64,000 bases of DNA, taken from Escherichia phage ECOP18. Location: the sequence record NC_105825.1. The stretch is one strand, 5' to 3'. Below the pieces are notes generated by a model that was given only the letters and a program-made list of their open reading frames with translations, was not told the origin of the DNA and made no database searches. How positions within the stretch are numbered: the first letter of the stretch is position 1; each line of letters begins with the position of its first letter. The translations under genes were made by a program, and so were the position numbers. Below are positions 17,245-26,607 of the stretch, piece by piece.

Positions 17245-18041
17245 TTTAAGTATTTTTAAGAACTCTCGTAAAAACTCTTAAAAATACAGACGATACCGGG
17301 AGAGTCATAAGTCTCACTCATTAAGTATTTCAAGACAAAATACAGTAACGTCTATTATTTTCCAGTTTAAGTCAGGGTGACTTAGTGGTTATGTCCTGCG
17401 GTATATTGAGGACTCGGTTAGGCTTGGGGTCATGACTTCCCACCTTTTGCTGCTACTCAACAGGAGTTATCGCGAATTACCTGTGCTATTGTGCACCATT
17501 AGTGACATCTCTCATGTCAGCATTTCCCACTTTGTGGATAGCTTGAAAAACTACTCCGATATGGAGAAAGAACTTCACTATCCTAGAATACCTTCTAAAG
17601 TTCTTCTTTAGCCTGGACATAGTTAAATCGTAATAAAACTATTCAGCAGACTGGTTGGTTAGTCTGGAACCAACTACCGCGTGGTTTAGGCAGTGCGCAA
17701 CTAACCTCGGAAGCTTTTATGTTAAAAGCATCAGTTATCCAGTTCTTACCGACCGTAGGATTCGAACCTACATCTTCCACCAGTTACGGCTTGATAATAC
17801 CAATTATACTAGGACGGCAGTGTTACTACATAAGTGATTTCCACACCCCACTATTTATAAATCAGAGAAGAGTTTAGGGGAGAGGTTTCAGACGCCTCAT
17901 TTTACACGTTCTAGCCACTAACCGGGATTGCCGCCCCCTGTGTACTAGTTTTACAACTAACCCACCGACTCTATTCAATGCGCTCCGGTTGGGATTCTGC
18001 ACTCAGCGTAATCGGCTCGCTGTTCCCTAATTTATGAATAT

Positions 18042-18070
18042 ATTATACAGAATTTATAAGCATTTAGCAA
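18042..18070 (-). promoter_or_regulatory. sigma70-type early promoter reading into ORF-free region and tRNA-Arg
   Basis: TTGCTA-N17-TATAAT; downstream ~800 nt has no credible ORF. Confidence 0.5.
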
Positions 18071-18078
18071 ATGAATTT

Positions 18079-18513
18079 TTAGAAAAATTCACTAGCAATC
18101 AAAGCAGTTGTTTTACCGTCATAACGTCCGGGAAATTCTGCCTTAATAGTTTTCATTAATAGAGCTTTGGTAATACCTGGGTTTAATTTAACCAGTTCTG
18201 CAAAATACTCACGAATCTGAACCTCAGTCAGTTGACTTGGCTGATACTCTTGCAGCATGGAATAAAGCAGTTGCTCATAGTCTACATCAGTAGGAACTTC
18301 CATACCAACTTTAATAGCGCGTTGTTTTGCATTTTCTAGAGCCTTAATCTGAGCTTTCAGATAGGCTACGAACTCGGTTCGAGTAACAATGTCTTTATCA
18401 ATACGTTGCAGATCACCAATCATGGTCTGAAGATTAAGTGCCCGTTCCTTATCACCGTGAGTACGTGCTAGACTAAGTAGTGCACGAAGGGTCATTAGAA
18501 TATTTTCACCCAT
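18079..18513 (-). CDS. hypothetical protein
   Basis: 144-aa ORF. Confidence 0.5.
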   Translation of the reverse strand: MGENILMTLRALLSLARTHGDKERALNLQTMIGDLQRIDKDIVTRTEFVAYLKAQIKALENAKQRAIKVGMEVPTDVDYEQLLYSMLQEYQPSQLTEVQIREYFAELVKLNPGITKALLMKTIKAEFPGRYDGKTTALIASEFF

Positions 18514-18683
18514 TATTTCATCCCCAATGCTTGGTTAAAAGATTGTTCTGTCATAACTGCTGAGACTTTGGCGAAATCAAACTTTTTAGGGTTCGTAGTT
18601 ATTTCAGCAACGTTAGAAGTTTTAACAGTTTTCGTAGTACGAATACCGCGAGTGTTAACACCAATAATTACAACTGATTTCAT
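18513..18683 (-). CDS. hypothetical small protein (56 aa)
   Basis: Hand-translated ORF with GAGGAAG RBS; stop overlaps next start. Confidence 0.35.
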   Translation of the reverse strand: MKSVVIIGVNTRGIRTTKTVKTSNVAEITTNPKKFDFAKVSAVMTEQSFNQALGMK

Positions 18684-18751
18684 ATTTCGCTTCCTCTCAT
18701 TAATTTATGAAAGTATTATACAGAAATTTAAGTAGCTAAGCAAGTAAATTT

Positions 18752-19219
18752 TTAAGTTTTAGTGACAACAGGTTTATAGAATGTATGTCCCTTAATCTTA
18801 GTTGTTTTCTTAAACTTCTTTGTCCAGTAAGGTTTATCTTTACCACTATGGAAGTATAGTGCTCCATATGTAGGATCTTGTGGTAAATCAACGTAGTATA
18901 TCACTCTAGCTAAATTCTTAGCGGTTTGCCAAGCCTCATCAGTTTTATCAACTTTTGGTCTCTTAGATACCCAAGAGAACTGGTTAGACTGATATACTAC
19001 TTTACAGTAGGAATCTGGGAATTTACCGGAGTTTACACGGTTTTTAGTAACATGTGCAATCGCCGTCATTCCCTTTATGCCCTCACCACGACTTTCGAAA
19101 TAGATATTTTTAGCAATGCAATCTATTTCTTTTGCATCGTGCGATGCCTGACTACTAAAGCTGAAGGTAAGGGCAGCTACTAAAAGCAAAGCTGCCTTCA
19201 TTCTTTTTACTCCTGCCAA
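18752..19219 (-). CDS. secreted cell-wall hydrolase (SleB/Hydrolase_2-like)
   Basis: Signal peptide; family resemblance recalled from motif NIYFESRGE. Confidence 0.5.
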   Translation of the reverse strand: MAGVKRMKAALLLVAALTFSFSSQASHDAKEIDCIAKNIYFESRGEGIKGMTAIAHVTKNRVNSGKFPDSYCKVVYQSNQFSWVSKRPKVDKTDEAWQTAKNLARVIYYVDLPQDPTYGALYFHSGKDKPYWTKKFKKTTKIKGHTFYKPVVTKT

Positions 19220-19524
19220 TCATATTCAACACGATTGGGATTTTCTTTATACCCTAAGTCAAGCAAATCATTACGCATATTTTGCTTAGCTACTGGGTTC
19301 GAGGTTACTAGTACCACTTTCTTTGGTCTCTGCCCAAATTCTAAGAGTAAACGAAGAATTTGATAACCTTCCATACCATCTACAGCCAAGTCATTATCCA
19401 TATAAACGAAATGGCCGGTGGTATCAGTTTTATTCAGAAACTCTACAGCGGCTTCTGGGGTTCGAATGATAATGTCCATTCCGTGAAGATTACGCACATC
19501 ATCAATCAAAATATGAAAAGTCAT
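19207..19524 (-). CDS. hypothetical protein, possible CheY-like receiver fold
   Basis: Acidic pocket pattern (IDDV ... DLAVDGMEG ... VVLVTSNP). Confidence 0.3.
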   Translation of the reverse strand: MTFHILIDDVRNLHGMDIIIRTPEAAVEFLNKTDTTGHFVYMDNDLAVDGMEGYQILRLLLEFGQRPKKVVLVTSNPVAKQNMRNDLLDLGYKENPNRVEYDWQE

Positions 19525-19966
19525 AATAGCCTCGTTTCATCAATTTAAAAATGTATTATACAGATAACTTAGTAAATTAGCAAATACATTTTTAAATTGT
19601 GAAACTAGTAAACCGATAAACAGCCTAGAGGCGCCACAGGCCATATCTTATGAGCCATGTACCTTTGATCTAGGGTTTGAATCATCAACGAATACTTTGC
19701 ATCTTTTAGCTTTAGAAGTTTAGAAGTTTGAGTTCTTTAAACTTTTCAGCTTTCATACTTAAATGTTGATCTTTGAAGTTGTGTCGGTAATATCAACGAC
19801 GCTTTGTTCTTACGTGTCAGCTTAAAAGGCTGGTGTAATAAACATAATCTCCAATAGATTATACTTTATAGTATGGTCAGCGGTCCTATTTAACCTCGTA
19901 TTTCAACCGCTGCTGCGAGGTAAGATGCTTGGGCTTTCGTCTACCGATTTACTAGCTTTTAAATTA

Positions 19967-20605
19967 TTACTCTACTTCAATGAAGGTAGAGGCGTTAGAC
20001 TCGGACAGAACAAAGTCAACATTTGTTGCAAAGTCCTGATATTCCTCGTCATGCTGCTTAATCAGCTTTTCCAGTTCCAGCGGATCAATCAAGAATGGAG
20101 TATTCTTGAGTTCCAGCAGGTTGAGCTGCATTTTAACTTCATCTTCGGAAGTTTTCTTATCGCGGGTAGCCATGCTATCCTGCAAACGCTCATATTTAGC
20201 ATCAAACTGTGCTTTCTGCGTATTAAACTTAACCGTAGCGGCATGGAACTGCTTACGCATGTTAGCCAGCAGTTGGGCTTTAAGTTCCATAGAACGCTTA
20301 GCTTCAATTGCTTCCGCAACAGTCATCTTACGAGAGCCAATCTCAACGATTGTTTCCGCATTGCTTTTAATCAGAGCAGCTTTGATACGATCACGCTGGG
20401 ACATCATATCCAGCAGAGACTGGAAATCAGTCTTAATACGAGTAGACAGATCAGCTACTTCGATTGCAGCGCCAACTACAACTTGGTTTTTATCCTTACC
20501 TTCACCAACAGCGATCAGAAGCTGCTGTTCAGTAGCTTTACGGATTTTAGCTTCCAGAGATTTGATAGTTGCCAGAGCGCGAGTTTTAGAAATACGAGTA
20601 GTCAT
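19967..20605 (-). CDS. hypothetical protein
   Basis: 212-aa ORF, helical composition. Confidence 0.5.
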   Translation of the reverse strand: MTTRISKTRALATIKSLEAKIRKATEQQLLIAVGEGKDKNQVVVGAAIEVADLSTRIKTDFQSLLDMMSQRDRIKAALIKSNAETIVEIGSRKMTVAEAIEAKRSMELKAQLLANMRKQFHAATVKFNTQKAQFDAKYERLQDSMATRDKKTSEDEVKMQLNLLELKNTPFLIDPLELEKLIKQHDEEYQDFATNVDFVLSESNASTFIEVE

Positions 20606-20658
20606 TATTTGCTTCCTTATATGAAGTTTGAGATTTGAATTTGTTTAAAGTTGGTCTA

Positions 20659-20841
20659 TTACAGACCAATTGCCAGCAGAGTGCGTAGAACAGTATCATT
20701 ACTGTTATCAATTTTAGGATTAGCACGATTTAGCAGATCAAAGATTTTCTGGGTACCTGATTGACGTTCAGCCATACGACGGATACCCAGATTACGAGTA
20801 GCTTTCTTACCATTTTTACGAACATTTTTAGATACTGGCAT
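20659..20841 (-). CDS. hypothetical basic protein
   Basis: 60-aa ORF. Confidence 0.4.
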   Translation of the reverse strand: MPVSKNVRKNGKKATRNLGIRRMAERQSGTQKIFDLLNRANPKIDNSNDTVLRTLLAIGL

Positions 20842-20911
20842 ATATGTTTTCCTTTTATTGTTTTCTCAAATTTATGAATATATTATACAGAATTTTGAGG
20901 CCGGAAGCAAA

Positions 20912-21613
20912 TCAAATTTTCATTTTTTCGATCATAGCTGCAACACAATAGCTTTCAACTAAGGCATCAAATGCAGGATCATGCTTAACCGGATAGATCC
21001 CATAACGAATAGTGTCCATCTTCTCCATTTTAGCTATTGCCCAGCTAATACCTTCGGTCTCTAGAGCTTTATAACTGTATCCAGCTTGCATCCAGAGATT
21101 ACGAAGAGATCGAACATTACCCAAATTCCAGAATTTCCACGGAACTACCTCTTCATTAGTTCCAGAATGGAACGTGTTTGCAGAGTAGATAGTCATATCA
21201 AACTCTGGGCCATTGCCATAATACAAAGCATTTTCACCTAGAGCCAACTCCATAATATTTTGAGCCATAGAGAAGGCAGCATAGTTTGAGCCTAATTTAT
21301 TAGTGCAATGATGTTTACCATTTTGGAAGGCAATCAGTTTTGGATTACGTTCCTTCATGGCTTCCATAATGTGGATAGCAGACGGGCTATTTTTAGCTTG
21401 ATCCATCCAGAATGCTAGAGTAGATGCTGTAACTTTGGCACCAGAATTAAGCTGATCCTGCACATCCAAAGTAACAAATACTAGATCAGGGTCTTTATCA
21501 ATTCCATGCATAGCCACAAAAGCGAAAGAAGGCATTGCGATATGAGTAGTACCACAATCTCCTGGAGTTCCCAGAGATTCAATATCTAGCATACCAAATG
21601 GTTTTACTTTCAT
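20912..21613 (-). CDS. putative DEDDh 3'-5' exonuclease
   Basis: Exo I-like LDIES near N-terminus and H-x4-D (HDPAFD) near C-terminus. Confidence 0.4.
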   Translation of the reverse strand: MKVKPFGMLDIESLGTPGDCGTTHIAMPSFAFVAMHGIDKDPDLVFVTLDVQDQLNSGAKVTASTLAFWMDQAKNSPSAIHIMEAMKERNPKLIAFQNGKHHCTNKLGSNYAAFSMAQNIMELALGENALYYGNGPEFDMTIYSANTFHSGTNEEVVPWKFWNLGNVRSLRNLWMQAGYSYKALETEGISWAIAKMEKMDTIRYGIYPVKHDPAFDALVESYCVAAMIEKMKI

Positions 21614-21641
21614 AACTTATCCTTTATTGTGTAGAAAACTA

Positions 21642-21878
21642 TTAAAGAGCTGTCTCTTTAATAGACTCCCACTTCTTGGGGTCTTTAAAACCAGGAAGCA
21701 TATCCTCACCGACATCCCAGTTTTCTTCCATAGAAAAATCGGGCCATTCATCCCAGCTACCTTCCAATTCTTCGTAACAGGTATCCATTACCTCATGACT
21801 AGAAAGTCGTGTATAATCTCTAGCGGACTTATGAGTGCTAGCACGATTAAAGTCATTCTTTGCTACAAAATTACGCAT
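21642..21878 (-). CDS. hypothetical acidic protein
   Basis: 78-aa ORF. Confidence 0.45.
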   Translation of the reverse strand: MRNFVAKNDFNRASTHKSARDYTRLSSHEVMDTCYEELEGSWDEWPDFSMEENWDVGEDMLPGFKDPKKWESIKETAL

Positions 21879-21883
21879 AGTTT

Positions 21884-21910
21884 CTCCAAATAAGAGGGGC
21901 TTTCGCCCCC
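21884..21910 (-). terminator. putative rho-independent terminator
   Basis: Hairpin GGGGC/GCCCC with TTATTTGG on minus strand. Confidence 0.4.
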
Positions 21911-21919
21911 TGATTTAAA

Positions 21920-22135
21920 TTACTTGCCCAGCAGTTTAAGAATATTTTCCATAATAGTTTGGGCAGACTTTTCACTCTTGTTGGTTTCAGCCAACTTTAA
22001 AGCGAGTTCTTCCTGCTGTTTCTGAATATCAGCAGCGATTTTTTGATCAGCCTCAATACGAGCTTGAAGCTCATCAGTGATAGTGGTAAAGGAAGCAATG
22101 ATTTCAGTAACGGAACGTGGTTTCTTAGAGAACAT
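21920..22135 (-). CDS. hypothetical protein
   Basis: 71-aa ORF; terminator downstream. Confidence 0.45.
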   Translation of the reverse strand: MFSKKPRSVTEIIASFTTITDELQARIEADQKIAADIQKQQEELALKLAETNKSEKSAQTIMENILKLLGK

Positions 22136-22198
22136 AAAAATATCCTTGATTAGTTAGAGAATCGGTAGATTGTAGGGGCAGAAGCCCCTACTTATCTA

Positions 22199-22714
22199 TT
22201 ACTTCGCTTTACGCTTGCGAGCTGGTTTAGCAGATTTACGAGCGGAATCACCAGTGAACTTAATGCCTACACCGTAACACAGAGCGCGAACATTATCTTT
22301 ACTATACTCTACGCCAAAGATATTTGGCTTAACAGAACCAAACTGTCCACGAGTATCACGCAATACATCTGCTGTTGGTTTACGCTTCTGGTTAACTGCC
22401 TTCTCATAGTCTTTCATAGACATACCATTACGAGAGAACAATTCAGCCCCAGCGTTGAAGCTCAGGGAAACTGGGACAGATTTGTGGCCGTAATTTTCTA
22501 CATACATAACCATTTTGTAAGATTTACGGGTGGTATTTTTAGCTTTAGGCTTTTGACGAATCGGAGCCGGATTATTCAGTGCTTGCGCAGCCTGAGCATC
22601 GGTAGGATGCTTACGCAGGTGACGTTCCAGACGAGCTTTGCGATTAGCCTCGGTCTGTGGGAAAGTTTTAACTGCCGGAGCTGCTTGAGTTTTTGCGTTT
22701 TTCTGCTTAGCCAT
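22199..22714 (-). CDS. hypothetical basic protein, possibly nucleic-acid binding
   Basis: Lys/Arg-rich termini. Confidence 0.45.
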   Translation of the reverse strand: MAKQKNAKTQAAPAVKTFPQTEANRKARLERHLRKHPTDAQAAQALNNPAPIRQKPKAKNTTRKSYKMVMYVENYGHKSVPVSLSFNAGAELFSRNGMSMKDYEKAVNQKRKPTADVLRDTRGQFGSVKPNIFGVEYSKDNVRALCYGVGIKFTGDSARKSAKPARKRKAK

Positions 22715-22797
22715 TATTTGTTTTCCTTTTTGTTTATCAATTTATGAAGTATATTATACGAGAATTTGAAGCGTTTAGCAAATGAATTTTTTAAAAA

Positions 22798-23076
22798 TTA
22801 TCTACCAACCATCTTAGCTTGTTCGGCATCTGAGACATATTGATACGCTCCTTTATTATACGCTGGAGCAGTACACATTTTCTTACGCTCAATCTCTTCT
22901 TGAGCTTTTCTTTCGCGTTCAGCTAATTCTTCATCCAGATAAACTAAACGTTGCTCTGGAGGAGGTGGGAGACGTGTTTCTGGCTCACCAATATTAGCCT
23001 TTCTTATTTGACGAGGTGATTGTGCACGTTTTCTCAATGGCTTAAATCCTAATGAATTTGAGTTATAAATCCGCAT
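22798..23076 (-). CDS. hypothetical protein
   Basis: 92-aa ORF. Confidence 0.45.
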   Translation of the reverse strand: MRIYNSNSLGFKPLRKRAQSPRQIRKANIGEPETRLPPPPEQRLVYLDEELAERERKAQEEIERKKMCTAPAYNKGAYQYVSDAEQAKMVGR

Positions 23077-23152
23077 AAAGCCCTCCTCACTTTCAATACG
23101 AATATTATACTAAATTAGAGGGCTTTAAGCAAGAAAATTTTTAATTTATTTA

Positions 23153-23629
23153 TTACATCTCGGCAAGTTCTTGCTCGGTAATAACTGTGTTACACAATGC
23201 ATCTACAGCCTCATTACCACTAATACCAGAATGCCCTTTAACCTTAATAAAGGTAGGATTAGTATTATGAAAGTTGATATACTGCTGTGTTAATCTAAAT
23301 GCTTCCTGCCAAAGTTCTAGATTAAGAGGGACTTCACCATCTGCTTTCTTCCAACCTTTCCTTTGCCAAGAAAACATCCAACTTTCCATACCATTTTTGC
23401 AATAAGCAGAGTCAGTATAGATAGCAATTGGTCTATTATCTTTTCTAACAGACCAACGTAGAGCTTCTACAATAGCTGTGAGTTCCATCTCATTATTTGT
23501 AGTTTTAGGATTATAACCAGATTTAGAACCTAAACGATCGTCGTTATCATCATAGACAATAAAACCCCAAGCACCTGGACCTGGATTAGACTTACAAGCA
23601 CCATCTGTGTAAATGTGGAAAACCGACAT
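23153..23629 (-). CDS. rnh: ribonuclease H
   Basis: RNase HI N-terminal motif IYTDGACKSNPGPGAWG. Confidence 0.75.
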   Translation of the reverse strand: MSVFHIYTDGACKSNPGPGAWGFIVYDDNDDRLGSKSGYNPKTTNNEMELTAIVEALRWSVRKDNRPIAIYTDSAYCKNGMESWMFSWQRKGWKKADGEVPLNLELWQEAFRLTQQYINFHNTNPTFIKVKGHSGISGNEAVDALCNTVITEQELAEM

Positions 23630-23892
23630 TATTTTTCACCTTCTGTTACAACTCTAGTTTTTGGCGGAGTAGGAGGCATTGGTGGAACTCTTTGGTACTC
23701 TCTTTGTGGACCATTTGATGCTAAACACGGCTCAGGAGGCTTAGGTTTTATAACCTCTAATTCCCTATCCAAGAATTCCTCTATTGCTCTATCTACAAAG
23801 TAGTCATAAGGTAAATGATAGTATTCTGATAGAGTAAGAAGTTTATGTTCTTGCCTTTCTGTTAAATAAATTTTCTTTCTAAAGAGTCCCAT
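23629..23892 (-). CDS. hypothetical protein
   Basis: 87-aa ORF coupled to rnh. Confidence 0.45.
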   Translation of the reverse strand: MGLFRKKIYLTERQEHKLLTLSEYYHLPYDYFVDRAIEEFLDRELEVIKPKPPEPCLASNGPQREYQRVPPMPPTPPKTRVVTEGEK

Positions 23893-23986
23893 ATGTGTAC
23901 CTCCAATTTATAAAATATATTATATTTAAATTTCACTAAATAAGCAAATGAAATTTAAATATAATAGCCCCGAAGGGCTATTTAAA

Positions 23987-24826
23987 TTAAGAAGACATTT
24001 TAGCTTTAAGAGCTGGATGCGGATCATATCCTTCAAGCTGGAAGGACCAAGCCGCAGTATTATTCTCTAATAAATCATAAAGGTCTACAAATTCTGGCAT
24101 TACTAGAGTTGGCAGAGGACGTGGTTTACGTTTCAGTTGCTCCTCTACTTGCTCTATATGATCACTGTAAATGTGTGTATCTCCACCACTAAAGATGAGA
24201 TAACGAGGTTTTAGCCCAGTCAGTTTTGCCAGGATATGTGTTAATAAAGCATAACTAGCAATATTGAAAGGTAGGCCTAGAAAACAGTCTACAGAACGTT
24301 GTGTCCATTTAAGATCTAAGTATCCATCATTACTTACGTAACACTGGAAACCATAGTGACATGGTGGTAGTGCCATCTTATCTAGTTCGGCAACGTTCCA
24401 TGCAGATACTAGGTGTCTACGACCATGTGGATTATTCTTGAGACCCTCAATGAGTTCTGTGATCTGATCTCGTCCACCAAAGTTGCGCCATTGTTTACCA
24501 TATACTGGTCCCAGATTACCTCTGTCATAACCCATGCTTATGGCTTGGTCTTCATAATTTGGAGTCCAGATAGTCCACTGTCCTTCGTCACGCCCAAATG
24601 TGGATACTCGCAAATCATGGAGATTTGTAGATCCAGATAAAAACCATAAGAGTTCTCCAACTACCGATTTCCAAGCTAGACGTTTAGTGGTTACGGCAGG
24701 GAACCCCTCACGTAGGTCGAACTTAGCATAGGAATCAAAAATTGAAACTGTGCCTGTTCCTGTACGATCGTTACGTGGTTCGCCTAGTAGAATTACATCT
24801 GTTAGAATTTTTAAATATTGTTGCAT
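23987..24826 (-). CDS. thyA: thymidylate synthase
   Basis: Active-site LPPCH and GPVYG motifs. Confidence 0.8.
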   Translation of the reverse strand: MQQYLKILTDVILLGEPRNDRTGTGTVSIFDSYAKFDLREGFPAVTTKRLAWKSVVGELLWFLSGSTNLHDLRVSTFGRDEGQWTIWTPNYEDQAISMGYDRGNLGPVYGKQWRNFGGRDQITELIEGLKNNPHGRRHLVSAWNVAELDKMALPPCHYGFQCYVSNDGYLDLKWTQRSVDCFLGLPFNIASYALLTHILAKLTGLKPRYLIFSGGDTHIYSDHIEQVEEQLKRKPRPLPTLVMPEFVDLYDLLENNTAAWSFQLEGYDPHPALKAKMSS

Positions 24827-25359
24827 TAATAAGTAACCAATTCCTGTACAAATCGCAGGCTGTTATCACTGTTTGCGCCAGTTGCGTAAACTAAACGAGT
24901 AGATTCATAGTTGTAATCTAGAATCGTATTATCCAGATGTACATCTGCCTCTAGTTTTTGATCACTAAAGATTGTGGATACGAAAGCACTTTCAATATGA
25001 CCGTGAATATACATTTCGTACAGTAATGTTGCGCCACCTAAAACCACTGTCTGTTGATCTTTTAAGAACGTAGGCAATGTATCCCCAATCTTAGAAATTG
25101 GGGTGTAAATATCATGTGTAATATCGTCTGGCAGTGGACGATCAGCACGAATAAATAGATCAGAAGCTCCAATCATACGTTCCCTAACGGCGTATGGAAG
25201 AGCTAAATAAGTACCAGCACCAATGATGATGTTATCTGGATTCAACACGTCCAGTTGAGAATAGAAAGCATCTAGTTCTTCTTTGAAGGAAGCCCACGGA
25301 AGTTTACCGCGGAGGCCGAACTCCCCATTCGGCCCAACTGCATACATTGCTGTAATCAT
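24826..25359 (-). CDS. dihydrofolate reductase
   Basis: DHFR-like VVLGGATLLYEMY; between thyA and nrdB. Confidence 0.55.
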   Translation of the reverse strand: MITAMYAVGPNGEFGLRGKLPWASFKEELDAFYSQLDVLNPDNIIIGAGTYLALPYAVRERMIGASDLFIRADRPLPDDITHDIYTPISKIGDTLPTFLKDQQTVVLGGATLLYEMYIHGHIESAFVSTIFSDQKLEADVHLDNTILDYNYESTRLVYATGANSDNSLRFVQELVTY

Positions 25360-26501
25360 AAGAAATCTCCAAATTCATTACCCAGATCTTTCAGAGTATC
25401 AGTAGAGGTTTCGGTGACTTGACCTACACGATATGCTGCACCAATCTGGATTTCTTGTGGAGCAGGCTGTAAAGAAGTGGTATCCAGCCAGTTCATGATC
25501 CACGGAATGGGGTTCTTGGTGATTACTGGTAAATGACTAGGCCATTCTACACCAATGTGCATAAATGCATTACGCCCCACAAAGTACAGATATTCTTCTA
25601 GAAGTTCTGCATTCAAGCCAATCAGACTACGACCTTTGAAAATGAAATGACCCCATTCAATTTCAGTTTTCAAAGTTTTCAGGAGCTGTGCTGGTGCTTT
25701 AGCCACTGCTTCATCTACCAGATCTTTGTCAAACTGCTGGAACATAATCTGGATGATTGCTTTGGACATCTGAGTGTGCAGAGCTTCATCTTTAGCGATT
25801 AATTGCAGATTTTTAGCAATACCTTGCAGAATATCGTTCTCTGCTAATGCAAAGGTACATGCAAAGGATGCGTAAAACTGCATTGCTTCCAGACCATAGA
25901 TCGCAAAGTAAGCGTCTAATAGTTTAGCCTGAGTTTCACGTTTAACTTCAGGGAACTCAGTTTCTGGATATGTATTGTCGCCACGATGATCGCGTACTGC
26001 GATGAAATACTGACCTAACTGATATAGCTCATCAAATAGCTCAACAGAATCAGCGATTCGTGCGAATGCTTCCTGGTTTTTGGTTACAGAATCAATAAAT
26101 TCTGCTGGGTCAGTCAGCACATTACGAATAATATTACTATAAGCACGACTATGCAGATCTTCGAAGTAGCTCCACTGCTTGAGCATACCTTCCAATTCTG
26201 GACGGCTTACAAGCGGCATAATAGCTGCTTCAGGGGCACGACTGATAAAGGAGTCGGTTTGGGTTTGCCATGCTAAGTTCAGGAGTGTAATTTCCTGAAT
26301 TTCACGTGGGAGATTAGGCCATTGTTTCTTATCTGCTTCCAGACTGATTTCAGTTTCAGTCCAAAATTGAGAGCGTTGCAGTAGTGCCAGACGTTCTAGT
26401 TCTGAATGTGCTACACGTACATAATCTGCGATACCGAGAGAATCTCCCAGGAAAAGGTCAGCGTTAGTATGATCCCAATTCAGGTTTAGTAAAGTAGTCA
26501 T
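25356..26501 (-). CDS. nrdB: ribonucleotide reductase class Ia small subunit
   Basis: 381 aa directly downstream of nrdA. Confidence 0.75.
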   Translation of the reverse strand: MTTLLNLNWDHTNADLFLGDSLGIADYVRVAHSELERLALLQRSQFWTETEISLEADKKQWPNLPREIQEITLLNLAWQTQTDSFISRAPEAAIMPLVSRPELEGMLKQWSYFEDLHSRAYSNIIRNVLTDPAEFIDSVTKNQEAFARIADSVELFDELYQLGQYFIAVRDHRGDNTYPETEFPEVKRETQAKLLDAYFAIYGLEAMQFYASFACTFALAENDILQGIAKNLQLIAKDEALHTQMSKAIIQIMFQQFDKDLVDEAVAKAPAQLLKTLKTEIEWGHFIFKGRSLIGLNAELLEEYLYFVGRNAFMHIGVEWPSHLPVITKNPIPWIMNWLDTTSLQPAPQEIQIGAAYRVGQVTETSTDTLKDLGNEFGDFL

Positions 26502-26569
26502 TGATTTTCCTCTTTCTCACTATTTCAGGAATATTATAGCAAATCTGGTAGCGATTAGCAAGTAAAATT

Positions 26570-26600
26570 TCAAAGAAAAAGGAGACCCGAAGATCTCCTT
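26570..26600 (-). terminator. rho-independent terminator after nrdA
   Basis: Hairpin GGAGA/TCTCC flanked by T-runs on both strands. Confidence 0.5.
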
Positions 26601-26607
26601 GTTTTTA

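Noticed and set aside
17655-17837. 60-aa plus-strand ORF
   Set aside because: Inside the ORF-free leader region, overlapping a T-arm-like hairpin; no RBS.
19925-20638. 237-aa and 172-aa plus-strand ORFs
   Set aside because: Antisense to the 212-aa minus-strand gene that follows the local gene direction.
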